The position numbers were made by a program, and so were the translations under genes. From assembly GCF_963676685.1 (NCBI RefSeq), contig NC_092345.1, forward strand, positions 28,086,001 to 28,150,000: 64,000 nucleotides of DNA. Direction: 5' to 3'. Positions 39,666 to 53,190 of the stretch are shown in pieces. The DNA is from Mytilus edulis. Lineage: Eukaryota. Within the stretch, counting starts at the first letter, position 1; every line of letters starts with the position of its first letter. Below the pieces are notes generated by a model. It saw only the letters and a program-made list of their open reading frames with translations. It made no database searches and was not told the origin of the DNA.

Positions 39666-39912
39666 TGTATGCATTTTCTTTCTTTAAAGATAAGCTGTAG
39701 GAACGGCAATACTACACCATATGCGCATAAATGTGTTTCGGATGACAAAATATTTAAAAATGCAAAACCTTATACAAACATTGAAGAACCTGATAAAAGC
39801 AAAAAGTAACCGAAGTATAATAGCAAACTCGCACAACTTATCAGAGCAATACACTAATGAGATACATTTTTCAGTTTTAAATTATTACAAATATTTTACA
39901 ACAGCAAATATC

Positions 39913-42900
39913 AACTAGATTTGCCATTGCAAGCAATAGCGGATGGCACCCTTCCCCCATTGCCAGGCGAGTGGCAGCCATTTTGAAAAATTCAAAATCA
40001 AAGAGGGCTTTTACACATGTTTATTAACATTGTTGTAAAATTTCAACTCGTTTGGAGCATTTTGAAATTTTTGAAAATTTTGCTGTTTCCATGGTAATAG
40101 TTACTATTTCCAAAATTCAAAAGACAGGTGCCACATTGGTACATGCCATGTTACATATCTATAAAGTTTCATTGGGATTGATGCTATATTCTTCAAGAAA
40201 ATGTAGCTTTTATGTGTTTTCCCATACGGTCAATGCTAAACTTTCGCCCTGTTTCCATGACAATGGCGGCCATTTTGGAACCTCTTGATATTGCATGCAC
40301 ATCTGGGCATACCATGTAACACTTCCACAAAGTTTCATCCACTTGGGTCTTATAATGAAAGATTTGGAATTTTGCCAATTTTTCACATTTTTGCAGTTTC
40401 CATGGAAACGGCAGCCATCTTGAACCATTCCATGGTGCCTGCAACTCTTCACCTAAGGGTCCTCTATATAATAGAGTTCCATCAACTTTGGTTCATTGGA
40501 TTTCCAGAAATCTCCTGGACAAAATGTGTGGAAGAAAAATAATAAAAACTAGATTTGCAATTGCAAGCAATAGCGGATGGCACCCTTCCCATATTGCCAG
40601 GTGAGCGGTAGCCATGGTAACGGCGGCCATTTTGGAAATTCCAAACTCAAAAGTCAAGTCTACATTAGCTGAGCAACATTTGTTATAAGTTTCAATAAAT
40701 TTGAAGCATTTTGAAGTTTTTTGTATTTTTGCTGTTTCTATGGTAACGGCGGCCATTTTGAATATTCCAAAGTCAAACCCCCGCTGCAATTTTTCCCCTC
40801 CATAATCATATACCATATTTAATGTCTCTAGAATAAATTAAACATTGATGTTCTAGAATGTTCTGTGAAAATTCAAAGTTTTGACCTTTTTGCATTGTTT
40901 CCATGGTAACAACAGCGATTTTGGAAATTCCAACGCCAAATTTCACATCTTCCAATGTTGCTCATCGTTACTGTGAAGTTTCATTAAGTTTGGAACATTT
41001 TGAGATTTTTGAATTTTTTGGAGTAGTTTCCATGGCAACATAGTAGTTCCAATGAGGGCCAAAATCATCCAAGACCTGTATATAGTGGGCACCTACATTG
41101 TATTATAATATAATGATTCTGAGTTAAAGCATATACAAACAGTTCACCAAAACAAAAAACTGGATTTTTTCACATTTGTTCCGTTTCCATGGTAACGGCA
41201 GCCATCTTAAAAGTGCCACCCCCAAAAAGCAAATCTTCATTTGGTGGTTAACATTATGGTATAGTTCCATCTTCTTGGGTCCATTCATATAAGAGTTCCA
41301 GACCGGACAAAAATGTGTGGAAGAAAAATAATAAAAAAAACAAAAAGAAACGTAGAATAACAATATGTCACCCAAACTCCGTTTAGGGTGCCATAATAAT
41401 AATAATAATAACTAGATTTGCCATTGCAAGCAATAGCGGATGGCACCCTTCCCACATTGCCAGGCGAGCGGCAGCAATCTAGAAAATTCCAAAGTCAAAG
41501 TGTGCATCTACACATTCAAATTATCATATTTGTAAAGTTTCATTAAGTTTGGAGCATTTTGAAGTTTTTGACATTTTTGCTGTTTCCATGGTTACAGCAG
41601 CCATTTTGAAAATTCCAACTTCAAATGTCAACTTTGCTTATGCCAGTGACCATTCCTGTAAAGTTTCATCCAGTTTAAAGCATTTTTAATTTTTTTGAAA
41701 TTTTTGACCTTTTTTGCATTGTTTCCATGGTAACAACAGATATTTTAGAAATTCCAACGCCAAATTCCACATCTTCCAATGTTGCTCATCGTTACTGTGA
41801 AGTTTCATGAAGTTTGGAGCATTTTGATATTTTTGAAATTTTTGGTACAGTTTCCATGGCAACATAGTAGTTCCAATGAGTGCCAAAATCATCCAACACC
41901 TGTATATGGCCGGCACCTACATTGTATCAAAATATAATGGTTCTGAGTTTAAGCATATCAAAACAGTTCACCAAAACAAAAAACAGGATTTTTTCACATT
42001 TGTTTCGTTTCCATGGCAACGTCAGCCATCTTGATGGTGCCATACCTCACTGCACTATAGAATGTGGTGGTCTACATTATGGTATAGTTCCATCAATATT
42101 GTTCAAGCCAATTCCGAGAAATAGAATGGACAAAAAAGTGTGGAAGAATAAAAATAATAACTAGAATTGCCATTGCAAGCAATAGCGGATGTCACCCTTC
42201 CCCTATTGCCACTAACCGGCAGCCATTTCAAAATGGTTTAACAGTGAATGCACATATATTTATGGCAATACATCTTTCTGTAAATTTTCAGTACATTCAG
42301 AGCATTTTAAAAAAATTCACATTTCTGCTGTTTCCATGGCAACGGCAGCCATTTTGAAAATTTCAAAGTGAAAAGTCTCATCTGTACTTGGCAGTTAACA
42401 ATAATATCAAGTTTCATTAAGTTCAAAGCATTTTGAGAAATTTTGACTTTTTTGCAGTTTCCAAGGCAACGGTGGCCATTTTGGAAATTCCAAAGTCAAA
42501 AGTCTCATCCAGACTTGCCAGTCAACTATCATATTAAGTTTCATCAATTTTGGAGCATTTTGAAATTTTTTAGATATTTGATCCTGTATCCATGGTAACA
42601 GAGTAGTTCCAATGATTGTCAAAATCATTCAAAACCTGTATATAGTGGACAACTATATTGCATAAAAATTTGATGATTTTAAGTTCAAGCATACCAAAGT
42701 TATTCACCAAACCCTGAAGTTTTTAGAGCATTTTGACACTTATGCACTGTTTCCATGGTAACGGCAGACATTTTGGAAATTCCAACGCCAAATTCCACTT
42801 CTACCAAAGTTGCTCATCGTTATGCTAAAGTTTCAAAAAATTTGGATCATTTTGATATTTTTGAAATTTTTGGTGTCGTTTCCATGGCAACATAGTAGTT

Positions 42901-44263
42901 CCAATGATTGCCAAAATCATCCAAAACCAGTATATGCCCGGCACCTACATTGTATCAAAATATAATGATTCTAAGTTAAAGCATTTCCAAATAATTCATC
43001 AAAACCAAAAACTGGAATTTTCCATTATTTTTCGGTTTCCATGGTGATGGCAGCCATTTTTTAGTTCCAAAGTTGCACTGCAACTGGACAGTCAGGGTTC
43101 CTTGTTATAGTGCACCATCATTCAGATTGGTCCCTTTGGCTCTGAGAAAACTGCCGGACAAAACCAGGTGGAAGAAAAATAATAATAATAATAGTGAAAA
43201 AGAAACAGAGGAATAGCAATATGTCACCCGACATTGTCGATCGGGTGACATAACTAGATTTGTAATTGCTAGCAATAACGGATGGCACCCTTCCGCCATT
43301 GCCAGGATAACAGCAGCCATTTTGAAAATTCCAAAATCAAAGACCGGATTTACACATGCCTATTAACATTTTTGTAAAGTTTTAGAAAGATTGGAGCATT
43401 TTGAAAATTTTGATATTTTTCGCATTTTACCAGTTTCCATGGTAACGGCGGCCATCTTGGTAGTGCCAACCCTTATTTGCAAATCTGCACATGGTGGTTA
43501 ACATTATTGTAAAGTTCCATCAGCATTGGTCCATACAGTTCCGAGAAATCGCCTGGACAAAAAAAGTGGAAGAAAAATAATATTAAAAATAAGAAAAAAA
43601 GAAACGTAGAATAACAATATGTCACCCAAACTCCGTTTAGGGTGCCATAACTAGAATTGCCATTGCAAGCAATAGCGGATGCCACCCTGGTCCACCCATT
43701 GCCACTTAACAGCAGCCATGGTAACGGAAGCCATTTTGGAAATTCCAAAGTTGAAAGCCGCATCTAGATTAACAAGTTAACATTTCTGTAACGTTTCATA
43801 CAGATTTGAAGAATTTTCAAAATTTTGCCTTTTTTGCACAGTTTCCATGGCAACATTTGAAAATTCCAAAGTCATACTGCTGCTTTATATTGTGCTCGCC
43901 ATAATATAATACCATTATATAACATTAAATGTTCGTAGATTTACTTTAACACCAATGTTCTAGAACGTTCTATTATATTTTTACATTCTTTCTGTTTCCA
44001 TGACAACGGCAGCCATGTTGGATATGCCAACCCTCGACTGCACTTCTGCACATGGTCTTTAACATTTTGGTAAAGTTCCATAACAATTGGTCCATCCTAT
44101 TCCCAGAAATAGTCTGGACAAAAAAGTGTGGAATAATAATAAAAAAAAGAATCGTACAATAACAATATGTCACCCGACCTCAGTCAGGGTGACATAATAA
44201 TAAGAAAAAAAAAGAAACGTAGAATAACAATACGTCACCCCAACTCCGTTGAGGGTGCCATAA
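39913..44263 (-). mobile_element. Stack of six non-autonomous Helentron-like (HINE) elements, head-to-tail/nested
   Basis: Near-identical end motif AACTAGA(T/A)TTGCCATTGCAAGCAATAGCGGATG(G/T/C)CACCC at 39913, 40547, 41410, 42159, 43252 and 43649. Opposite-end hairpins ATGTCACCC...GGGTG(C/A)CATAA at ~41365, 43221, 43619, 44167 and 44232. Interiors are built of ~127-160-bp modules. Confidence 0.85.
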
Positions 44264-45451
44264 TAATAAAGCAATATTTATATTTAAGTGCCAGAAGCGA
44301 AGTACTGCCTACTGGGCTTGTGAAATCCTCGCGAAATGACCAACCGACGTTGTGTTTTCAATCTTTAGGGGGTTAATGCCATTATTTAGTACACATGATT
44401 GCTCCCAAAAGAAGAAATATCTTAGATGCACTTTGCCCTGATATTCAAACTCATGGCCATCCTATGTATACCCTAATATCAAACTTCTATTGCAAATACA
44501 AAGCAATTATAGTTTCATATAAAAGGATATAATAGAACACTCAGAATTTAACAATTCAATATTTTTTTCGTTTTTTTTTCTTCAAATGTCGATATCGCTG
44601 TAATCATCTTTTAATTATCTACCAATTATACACTTCCGGTTAGAATAAAATCGACAACCAATTGCACACATGTCAATCAAGTGTTAATAAACATTCAGCA
44701 GTACACGTAGGACATTTGTTTTCTTTATATAAATAGTTTAAAGAATTCCTGATAGCTTTATATTAGAGTAAAATGTCAGATCTGCTTTTGAAGGGAATTG
44801 TATAACATAAAAGACGTTTTCATAATTCAAAATTAAATCGTTCGGAATGATAACCTGAGGAACATTTAGCTCTTAACACTTAGAATGGCAATGGAAAAGA
44901 CCAAAGTAACTAAAAAGATTACTATCGAATTAATGGGTTTTTAAATATTCTTAATAAGCCTTAATTAAAAAGTGAAATAAGAAAATGATATTACAAAGTA
45001 GAACTCATTGTTTGATGATTGACAGAACGAAATACCGATAAAGAAATACATTGTTCCATTGGTATTGTCCCAAACGTAAAAAAGCAGAGTAGAACATAAA
45101 AAAATGTTTAAGTGTTTACAAGATAAAGTGATGATTAGGCTTTTAAAATGTCAATGTTATAAGAAATAAAAGTGTGCATGTAATACTTGTTTTCTTATGC
45201 ACACCATTTACATTGATCTAAGATAAAGTCATTCTGCATTTGGCGAAAGTGCAATGGTTTTTGTGAATGCAAATAGAAAAGTCAGCAAGCAAATAAATTG
45301 CGTTCAAACGTTGTGCAGATATAGCCTAACGATGTTTAAACTAATAAATAGTCTAATTGAATAAAAACTTCATTTTAGACGGGGTTTCTGTTGGGAGATT
45401 TCAAAAAATATTAATAAAATAAAATTGTCCACATATCATGTAACTGATGAC

Positions 45452-45830
45452 ACAACCGGTTTCATTTTAACTACTCCAGATGCGCATTTTTATAATGTAT
45501 GTCTGCTCAGTGATGATCGAGGTCAGTGCATTTGAAATTCAAAAACCGAATACAACCATGAAACCTAATACATCTGATAAAAGCATAATGGACCAAAGTA
45601 AAGCCATACTCAGACAAAAAAGAGCTATGCATGAGATATACTCCTTAATAAAAATGATTTCGAAATTCGTTTACGTATTCCAGGACGGAAGTACTATCAA
45701 ATGGACTAATGATACCAGTTCTTCTGCAAAGGTATTGACCAGTGGGAGTTATAACAAAGACGGTACCAATTTTACTATACAAGTTGCGCATTTAAACTAT
45801 TAATGTCTTTCCAGTGATGCTCGAGGACGA
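45452..45830 (-). mobile_element. Decayed retrozyme-like unit (family R2) with two hammerhead remnants 304 bp apart
   Basis: TGCGCATTT...CAGTGATG(A/C)TCGAGG at ~45481 and ~45785. The intervening sequence resembles 33440-33710 and 35670-35790. Confidence 0.55.
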
Positions 45831-46612
45831 AAATCGACAACCAGTGGTCTTAGTTTTTAAATTGAATAAAACTCCAACATCTCTTAACGTATATTGTTAT
45901 TCAAACATTATTCATATATGACTTAGTGTCACTAGGGTGGCTTTTTTTGTTGTTGATTTACTTCAAATGCGATATAATGTATAAAGTAAAATCACAATAA
46001 AAATACAGAACTCCGAGGAAAATTCAAAACGGAAAGTCCCTAATCAAATGGCAAAATCAAATGATAAAACACATTAAACGAACGGACAATAACTGTATGA
46101 TAAACAATGAGGTATCTATCAAAAAGATAAAAAGGATTCTAAAAAAACAAAACAATTAAGAACACGTTAAGGGTTTTAACAATGAGGTTAAACCCGTAAC
46201 CTATAGTAAACAATAAAAGTCTACAATATGACGAACCGTTAAACAATACAGAAAATACGAACAGCCTTAATTAAGGCTTTAACCATAAAAGAAAACAATA
46301 ATTATAACAGACGGCAAACAACGGCATCATCTAGACTACATACTCTAAGTATCGGACGGGGGTTGATCCTCCCATAACCGATAACAGAAGTGTAACAACA
46401 CATTATTAGAATAAACTGCAAAAATCAGTAGAAATAATGGTTAAACTCATCAGATCGATATATACTGAGCACAAACGCAACGAACAACATGACATAAGAC
46501 AACAGTATATATCTTATTACAGTAACAGATAAGTAGTTTAAAGCAAAGTCCATAATTGAATTGAATACGTGTCATAATATATAAATCAAAACCGCTCCCA
46601 GAAAGTATACTA

Positions 46613-46892
46613 TGATACCAAACTCCAAAGCAAAGTCCTGATACCAAACTCCAAGGCAAAGTCCTGATACCAAACTCCAAGGCAAAGTCCTAATACCAAA
46701 CTCCAAGGCAAAGTCCTGATACCAAACTCCAAGGCAAAGTCCTGATACCAACTACAAGGCAAAGTCCTGATACCAAACTCCAAGGCAAAGTCCTGATACC
46801 AAACTCCAAGGCAAAGTCCTGATACCAAACTCCAAGCCAAAGTCCTGATACCAAACTCCAAGGCAAAGTCCTGATACCAACTACAAGGCAAA
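46613..46892. repeat. Homogeneous 26-bp minisatellite (GATACCAAACTCCAAGGCAAAGTCCT) x~11
   Basis: Direct reading; near-identical copies with a recurring 25-bp CAACTACAAGG variant. Confidence 0.95.
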
Positions 46893-47339
46893 TTCAAAAT
46901 AGGAAAGTCTATTGAAGGTTACAAAATCAAGTGTTATGAACTGATTTAAATGCCATATATATTTTAAAAAAAGGATGACCTTGTCCAATACTAAAATATG
47001 GGAAAGTAGGACCATAAACATATACGTTTTAACCTAATAACTTGACAGCAATACTCGCTTCATTGTGTATTGAACCAAGGAAAACAAAATACCAATAAAC
47101 ACTACATAGGGAATTTACCACAATGATGAATTGATAAACTTTTAAAAATGTAGCATGGCTAAAAAACAATATTATAACAAGAGGATTTATGAGTTTGAAC
47201 AGCGGTATACTACTGTTGCCTTTATTTACTACATGCAGGAACAGTAAGTTAAAAAAAATATATGTAACTACGAAAATCTGTAGTTACTTTTTAAACGACA
47301 TCCTGACTTAAGAATTAACCAGTTCTATATAGATAACGT

Positions 47340-48096
47340 TAAATTTACTGTTTGCAAAAGTGTAAATTACTCTAAATTATAGGGATTTTCTGGTAACTTA
47401 ACAGAAAACCCTTGCCGTTTTTGGCACAACCTTTTTGATCTTTTGGTCCTCGATGCTGTTCAACTTTGTACTCGTTTCGGCTTTCAAACTTTTGTATCTG
47501 TGCGTCACACATAGGTCTTGTGTGGACAAAATACACTTCTGGCGTATTAAAAATTTTGAACTTGTTGCCTTTTGTTGGCTGTTTTTTCGTGTGATTCTTT
47601 GTCAATTGTGTTCTCCAATTTATTTATATTGTAGTCCTGTGTTGTCATTTTGATGTTATATTTCACATGGCCATAAAAGTGCGAGGTTTGGCATGCCACA
47701 AAACCAGGTTCAACCCACCATTGTTTCCTTTAAAAATGCCCTGTACCAAGTCAGGAATATGGTCATTGTTATATTATAGTTCGTTTCTGTGTGTGTTACA
47801 TTATAACGTTGTGTCGTTTGTTTTCTCTTATTTTTGAGTGTAAATTCACATTGCGATAAGACGTGTCACGGTACTTGTCTATCCCAAATTCATGTATTTG
47901 GTTTTGATGTTATATATATGTTATATTTGTTATTCTCGTGGGATTTTGTCTATATGTGTTACATTTTAGTGTTATGTCGTTGTTCTCCTCTTATATTTAA
48001 TGCGTTTCCCTCGGTTTTGGTTTGTTATCCCGATTTTGTTTTTTGTCCATGGATTTATGAGTTTTGAACAGCAGTATACTACTGTTGCCTTTATTT
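47340..48096 (+). mobile_element. Composite non-autonomous retroelement: R1-like segment with dead hammerhead joined to family C
   Basis: TGCGTCACACATAGGTCTTGTGTGGACAAAATACACTTCTGGCGTA (~47501-47546) aligns with the 58159 hammerhead, and the sequence continues into reverse-complement family C. Confidence 0.7.
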
Positions 48097-48658
48097 ATCA
48101 AAATTCAAAACGTCACTCCAGACACGGACATATCGTACAAATTGAGAAACATTACGCAGACCGTAAGGAGGGGTCAACAAAACTTTTAGTCAATTTCCAA
48201 ACGTAACCACTGTGGTAAATCTAGAATTCATCAGACAATTAACTTGCAGTCATTTAGGTAAAGTCAGTCTATGTTCAGGCTCTTTAGTAGTTGTTGTTTA
48301 CCTGCACACAACATTATCCTGAAATGTCTGAAAAGCTACTTGACAGTACCGCATTGACTACAACTGAATTGTCTAAAAAATACTGAATTGATTGCAGTAC
48401 TAGTATTTAGAATATGACTGAAAGACTGAACATGACTGAAAAAATTATTGATCAGACTTTCAGATGATGTTAAGATAAAAATGACCGTATGAGACGAAAA
48501 TCATTTACATTCTTAAAAAGTAAAGTAAAAAAAATACTCAAGTCCGAGGAAAATTCAAAAAGGAAATTTCCTAAACAAATGCCAAAATCAAAAGCTCAAA
48601 CACATCAAACGAATGGACAACAACTGTCACACTCCTAACCTTGAACAGGCCTTTTTTT

Positions 48659-48830
48659 ATGTGGATATAGTACTGCTCTAGTCAAATATTGCATTTGTTA
48701 CATGGTCAACAAACAATGCATACACTTCCGGACCTTGCACAGGCATTTTGTTATGTGGAAATAGTACTGCTCTAGTCAAATATTGCATTTGTTACATGGT
48801 CAACAAACAATGCATACACTTCCGGACCTT
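48659..48830. repeat. Recent ~94-bp tandem duplication
   Basis: ATAGTACTGCTCTAGTCAAATATTGC...TTCCGGACCTT occurs twice. It lies within an older duplication (48330-48490 ~ 49080-49220; 48860-49040 ~ 49335-49520). Confidence 0.9.
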
Positions 48831-50489
48831 AATATCTATCTGTCAAGTCTTAGCATAAGCATTATTTTCCCGTGTTTATCACACAGAAGTTTTGCTTTCA
48901 GCGCCTTTCTGTGTTTGTGATTTATGATATCATGACTTTTGACCATTGGGTTTGCGATTGTTCATGTTTCTTCTATACTTATTTGAGTATAACTTTCAAT
49001 GTTATCTTTTTACAATAGGTAAGACTTTGATAAGATATTAATAAATCACGTGTCCAGCCTTATCTTCTTGAATTACCTGGAAAATCTACTTAACAGTACA
49101 GAATTGACTGCAACTTAATTGTCTGAAAAGTATTGAATTGACTGCAGTATTTTAAATCTTAAAAAATGACTGAATTTTTGTTCAGACTGTTCAGATAGTG
49201 TTAAAATCAAAATGACCGTTTATGACTAAAGTTAATTTACCAGCTCATATTACTGTTCAAATCAAATATGACAAAAAATACATACACTTCAGGATCAATC
49301 ACATTATATCTCACGGGTATTTGCCTAAGTATTATTATACCCGTATCTATCACATAGAAGTTTTACTTTCAGCCCCTTCTGTTTTGTGGAATTTAGGATA
49401 TCATGACTAAGACCTTTGGAGTTACGATTGTTCATATTTCTTATATACTTATTTGCTTTTAACTATTAATTTATCATATATTTACAATAGTTAAGACTAA
49501 TTATATGACAAGATGTAATTTTTAAAAAGAGGGCCCCATAAACTGGTTTTCAGATTTATAAGTCTCAATAATAAAAAAAAATCTGTCGAAAAATGTATCT
49601 CTTCCCGATATGTCCTATTTTGATTCGCGAAAAAAACAATCTTTCACGTTGTTAGCGAATAGATTACTTTTTAACTGTATCATTTGCCCTTAACTCATTT
49701 ATTAAGCCCTTTATTAACATATAATTCTAACCACGGTCGAACAGTATGAAGCAGGATCAATTTATTATAAAGCGCTGTCCGAATTATAATAAAGCTGCAA
49801 ATTGTCGACCTGTTCGTTTGCAGGGATTTATTATTTTCCTACATATACTGCATGTACACACTAGATTTTGATTGGCTGATAGACAGTACATCTTGCATAC
49901 GTTTTGTTTTATGTAATATATACACTTGTATCGTTCAAATGTCACCACTGCCGGTGTATTTTCAAAAGGATTTGTCTCATTAATCCTCTCTGCTCTGGTA
50001 TTTGCCAAAACGTATTTGCCTTGTTTACCCTTAATGTAGACACTTGATCATTTGTGCGAATTGTCAAATGCTACTGCTTATTCGTTCGTTTGTATAATTT
50101 AAAAATAACTTAACTCGGAGGTTCAATGTGAAATGTTGATAAATTGCATGTTTGAAATGATCTTTTTATAAATAAAATTGAAATAAGATGCATTTTTTTT
50201 AAATAGAATCTGCATAAAGTATTGCTGATTTTTATTCCTCTTAGACAGTTTGATGTATTTATGGTCTTTGTAACTTTATTTTATCAAGGCGTACTTTTTA
50301 AATTTCCAAAATCATTTATTTATCTATTTAAAAAAAATATTTATTGCAATTTAGACAAGATTCTTTTATACAGAAAGGAAAGTAATGTTTTCTATAGATT
50401 TACAAAGCGCCGACAGATATTGCATTGATAATTGTTTGATGAATGTCCAGTGGCAATATTTCATGTTCTTTATCTCGAAATTTAAAGGA

Positions 50490-50760
50490 ATCTTTTGAAT
50501 TTTCAAAATACTACGGTTTTTTTTGTGTTTTTTTTTTTTATATTTTTATCATTTGCATTTTTGCTTATTTTTTTTTATTTTTTTTTTAATCTCAGGCATT
50601 TATTACCTTAGCTGCATTTGTCATAACTATAAGAATTTTGGTTCTGCAATGCTCTTTCACTTCGTGCTTTATTTTGCCTTTTTAGAGTGTCACTGGTCTT
50701 TTGTAGACGAAACACGCGTACGGCGTTACAAATTTCAATCCTGGTATCTATGATGACTAT
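50490..50760 (+). mobile_element. Retrozyme-like fragment (family R1), core deleted
   Basis: GTCACTG-GTCTTTTGTAGACGAAACACGCGTACGGCG lacks the ATGA of CTGATGA. Confidence 0.7.
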
Positions 50761-52917
50761 TTTTTCTGATTGTTTGTATGTTTTGTTAATCATAAAAAGC
50801 ATGTTATTTATATCCTTATCCGTACAACCGGATGCTGTAATATCATAAATCTAAATTTGCCATTCGATAGATGAAAACGTCGATGATCCATTGATATCCA
50901 TACTTACTTGTATTCATGTTAACTCCATGTTTTTGTTTCAGAAAAAACTGGCATTGATCTGAGCTGTTTTTGCTCATTAGACGGGTGGTTGTCTCTTTGA
51001 CACATTCCCCGTTTCCAATTCTCTGTTCTATGGAATTCAACTGTGATGAAACCAGTTCCTTTCATTATATTACAATCGTCCACATGTCAGCGATAATTGG
51101 GTGTACATTTCATTTCAAGTGTTATTATTGTTGACATGGAATTGGATAATAATTTACTTTTTACATAACCGTATCAAACGTGTATCAATGTGCACTATGT
51201 GACATTGTGCAAGCTAGCGTTAAAACTCTTGCTTACGATTGAATGGTCGCATTTTTTTTAAACCAATTGTCCTATGCTGTAATTTGTGTTACGTGTCAGA
51301 CTATACTGCAATATTAGGTTACCAGTATACCATTGACTGTAAAAAGCCATTGTTTCCAAAAACGCGTTGACACTTTTAAAGATATTACATCTGTGCGTGT
51401 TCCAAATCCGTACCAGTAGTTACAAGTTACTATATTGAAACCGAGGTCAGCTAAAGGATCTTGGGTAAAAATTGCGTTTCCTGTAGTCTTCTCCTGATAA
51501 AATCTTAAATTTAAAATGATATGCACACCGATATGTTTATTAACTGAAGCGTGTTGATGTGTTAAAATTGTTTAGCGGTTTGGGGTTGAATTTCATATTT
51601 GCAAGCTGTGCATATTTGCAGCTCATAAACAATAATCACAAGCAACCGTGAACAAATCATATGTTTAGTGTAAATTAGATACGACAAAAACTATGACCCA
51701 GTGCTTGTAGCACTGTTATCATTGAAACAACATGTACAAATTGGGTCCGAATAATTTTTCATTATTTCATGTTCATGTCATTACCGGAAGTGGCCCTAAA
51801 AAAATGCTAAATTAATTAAATCATAAATGAAGAAGTTGAACGAGATTTTGATATCTCAGCGAGATAAGTGGTTAATAATGTGTACATGGAAATAACAATT
51901 GCATGGTTACTAGCTTGAGAAACAATATTTTATAGGTTAGTTTCAGAATCTTTGGAATGCTTACTTGGCTAAATAGCTAGTGCAAAAGGGCAACTGTGGT
52001 TTGAGTATACGGTATATTGTTATGACGGTTCCAATTGATTTGGTTAACATCTATATTGAATGACTCTAAATACTTAATTTCAAATGACATTCCAAGCAAA
52101 TAATTGTGGTTATTTTTAACAGTATAACACTATATAATGTATAACACTCAACTGACGTCTACTATATAATAACCATTGTAAAAAAAAAAAATTTACAGAC
52201 ATTGGTGAAATAATCAAAATATGTATAAATTTAATAGACATATATGTAACGAAAATTATAACAAATAATTTTAAATCATTTATAATAAATCATGAATAAC
52301 AAATATTTTCTCTTGAATGTCCTTAAATAACTTTTCTTATCAAAAGTGTTCATATTTTTTATTATTGAAAGAATGAAAAAAATATTAAAATTAAGAACAA
52401 ATTTATTGGGAACTATTGCACACACGTATTATTCATTTTCAAAATTACAGACCTACCATATCAGTCTAAGCATGTATCTTAGCCACAACAGTTGCAAAAT
52501 TATCGGATCGCTCTTTGGTGGGAGCATGTAAACTATGATGTCGATTTGAACCATCATCTGCTTTAAAAACAAAATACTTACTAAATTTGAAAACAAAATA
52601 ATTAACACTTTTAATAAAAAAAAAATAGAAATCTATAGCATAAAAAATTCCAACAAAATGTTATATTTCCTTGTTTTATTATACAAGATGGATTTTTTTT
52701 ACGAAAATGAAAAAAAGGTGTTTTAACTCCCTTTGGATTTTTTTGTTTTCGTTTTATTCTTTTGTTATTGGTTCTGAGTATAATTTAAATATTTGGCCCT
52801 TTACATTAGGCAATCAGCAATTTTCTGATGTGTCTTTTTTCTTTTCTTTGTCTTTGGGAAAATAGTTTAACAGCAATCAATCAATAAACAATATTTGTCT
52901 ATGTTTAGTACGTTTAA

Positions 52918-53190
52918 GGTGGTACCTAACACTACAGGGAGATAACTCTGTAAAGTCAGCTAAACGTTTTAATTACATTGTGTTGTAAAATGAATTTAAA
53001 GCTTCTCAATGATCAAAATTGGTGTTTGTCAAACTGCTATATAACCAGTGAAATTTTTCTGACAAAACGGTTGGTTCAAAATTTTTGAAATTTTTATATT
53101 TTTGATCAAGGGTCAAAGTAAATACTTTGACAAAATTTTATGAAAATTAAGCGAGCTAAATTAATTTTAGTGAAAGTGTTGGGTACCACC
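52918..53190. mobile_element. MITE with TTAA TSD (Kolobok-like, GG...CC termini)
   Basis: TTAA|GGTGGTACCTAACACT ... AGTGTTGGGTACCACC|TTAA. Confidence 0.85.

Noticed and set aside
40052-44376. Many 66-107-aa ORFs with MAAV / WLPLPW motifs
   Set aside because: They arise from the repeated CCATGG-GCCAT DNA module read in several frames on both strands; no coherent protein.
45480-45803. 107-aa ORF with signal-like N-terminus
   Set aside because: Lies wholly within the antisense strand of an R2 repeat unit.
46610-46897. Repetitive 95-aa ORF / CRISPR-like array
   Set aside because: Pure 26-bp minisatellite; the period is not a multiple of 3 and there are no spacers.
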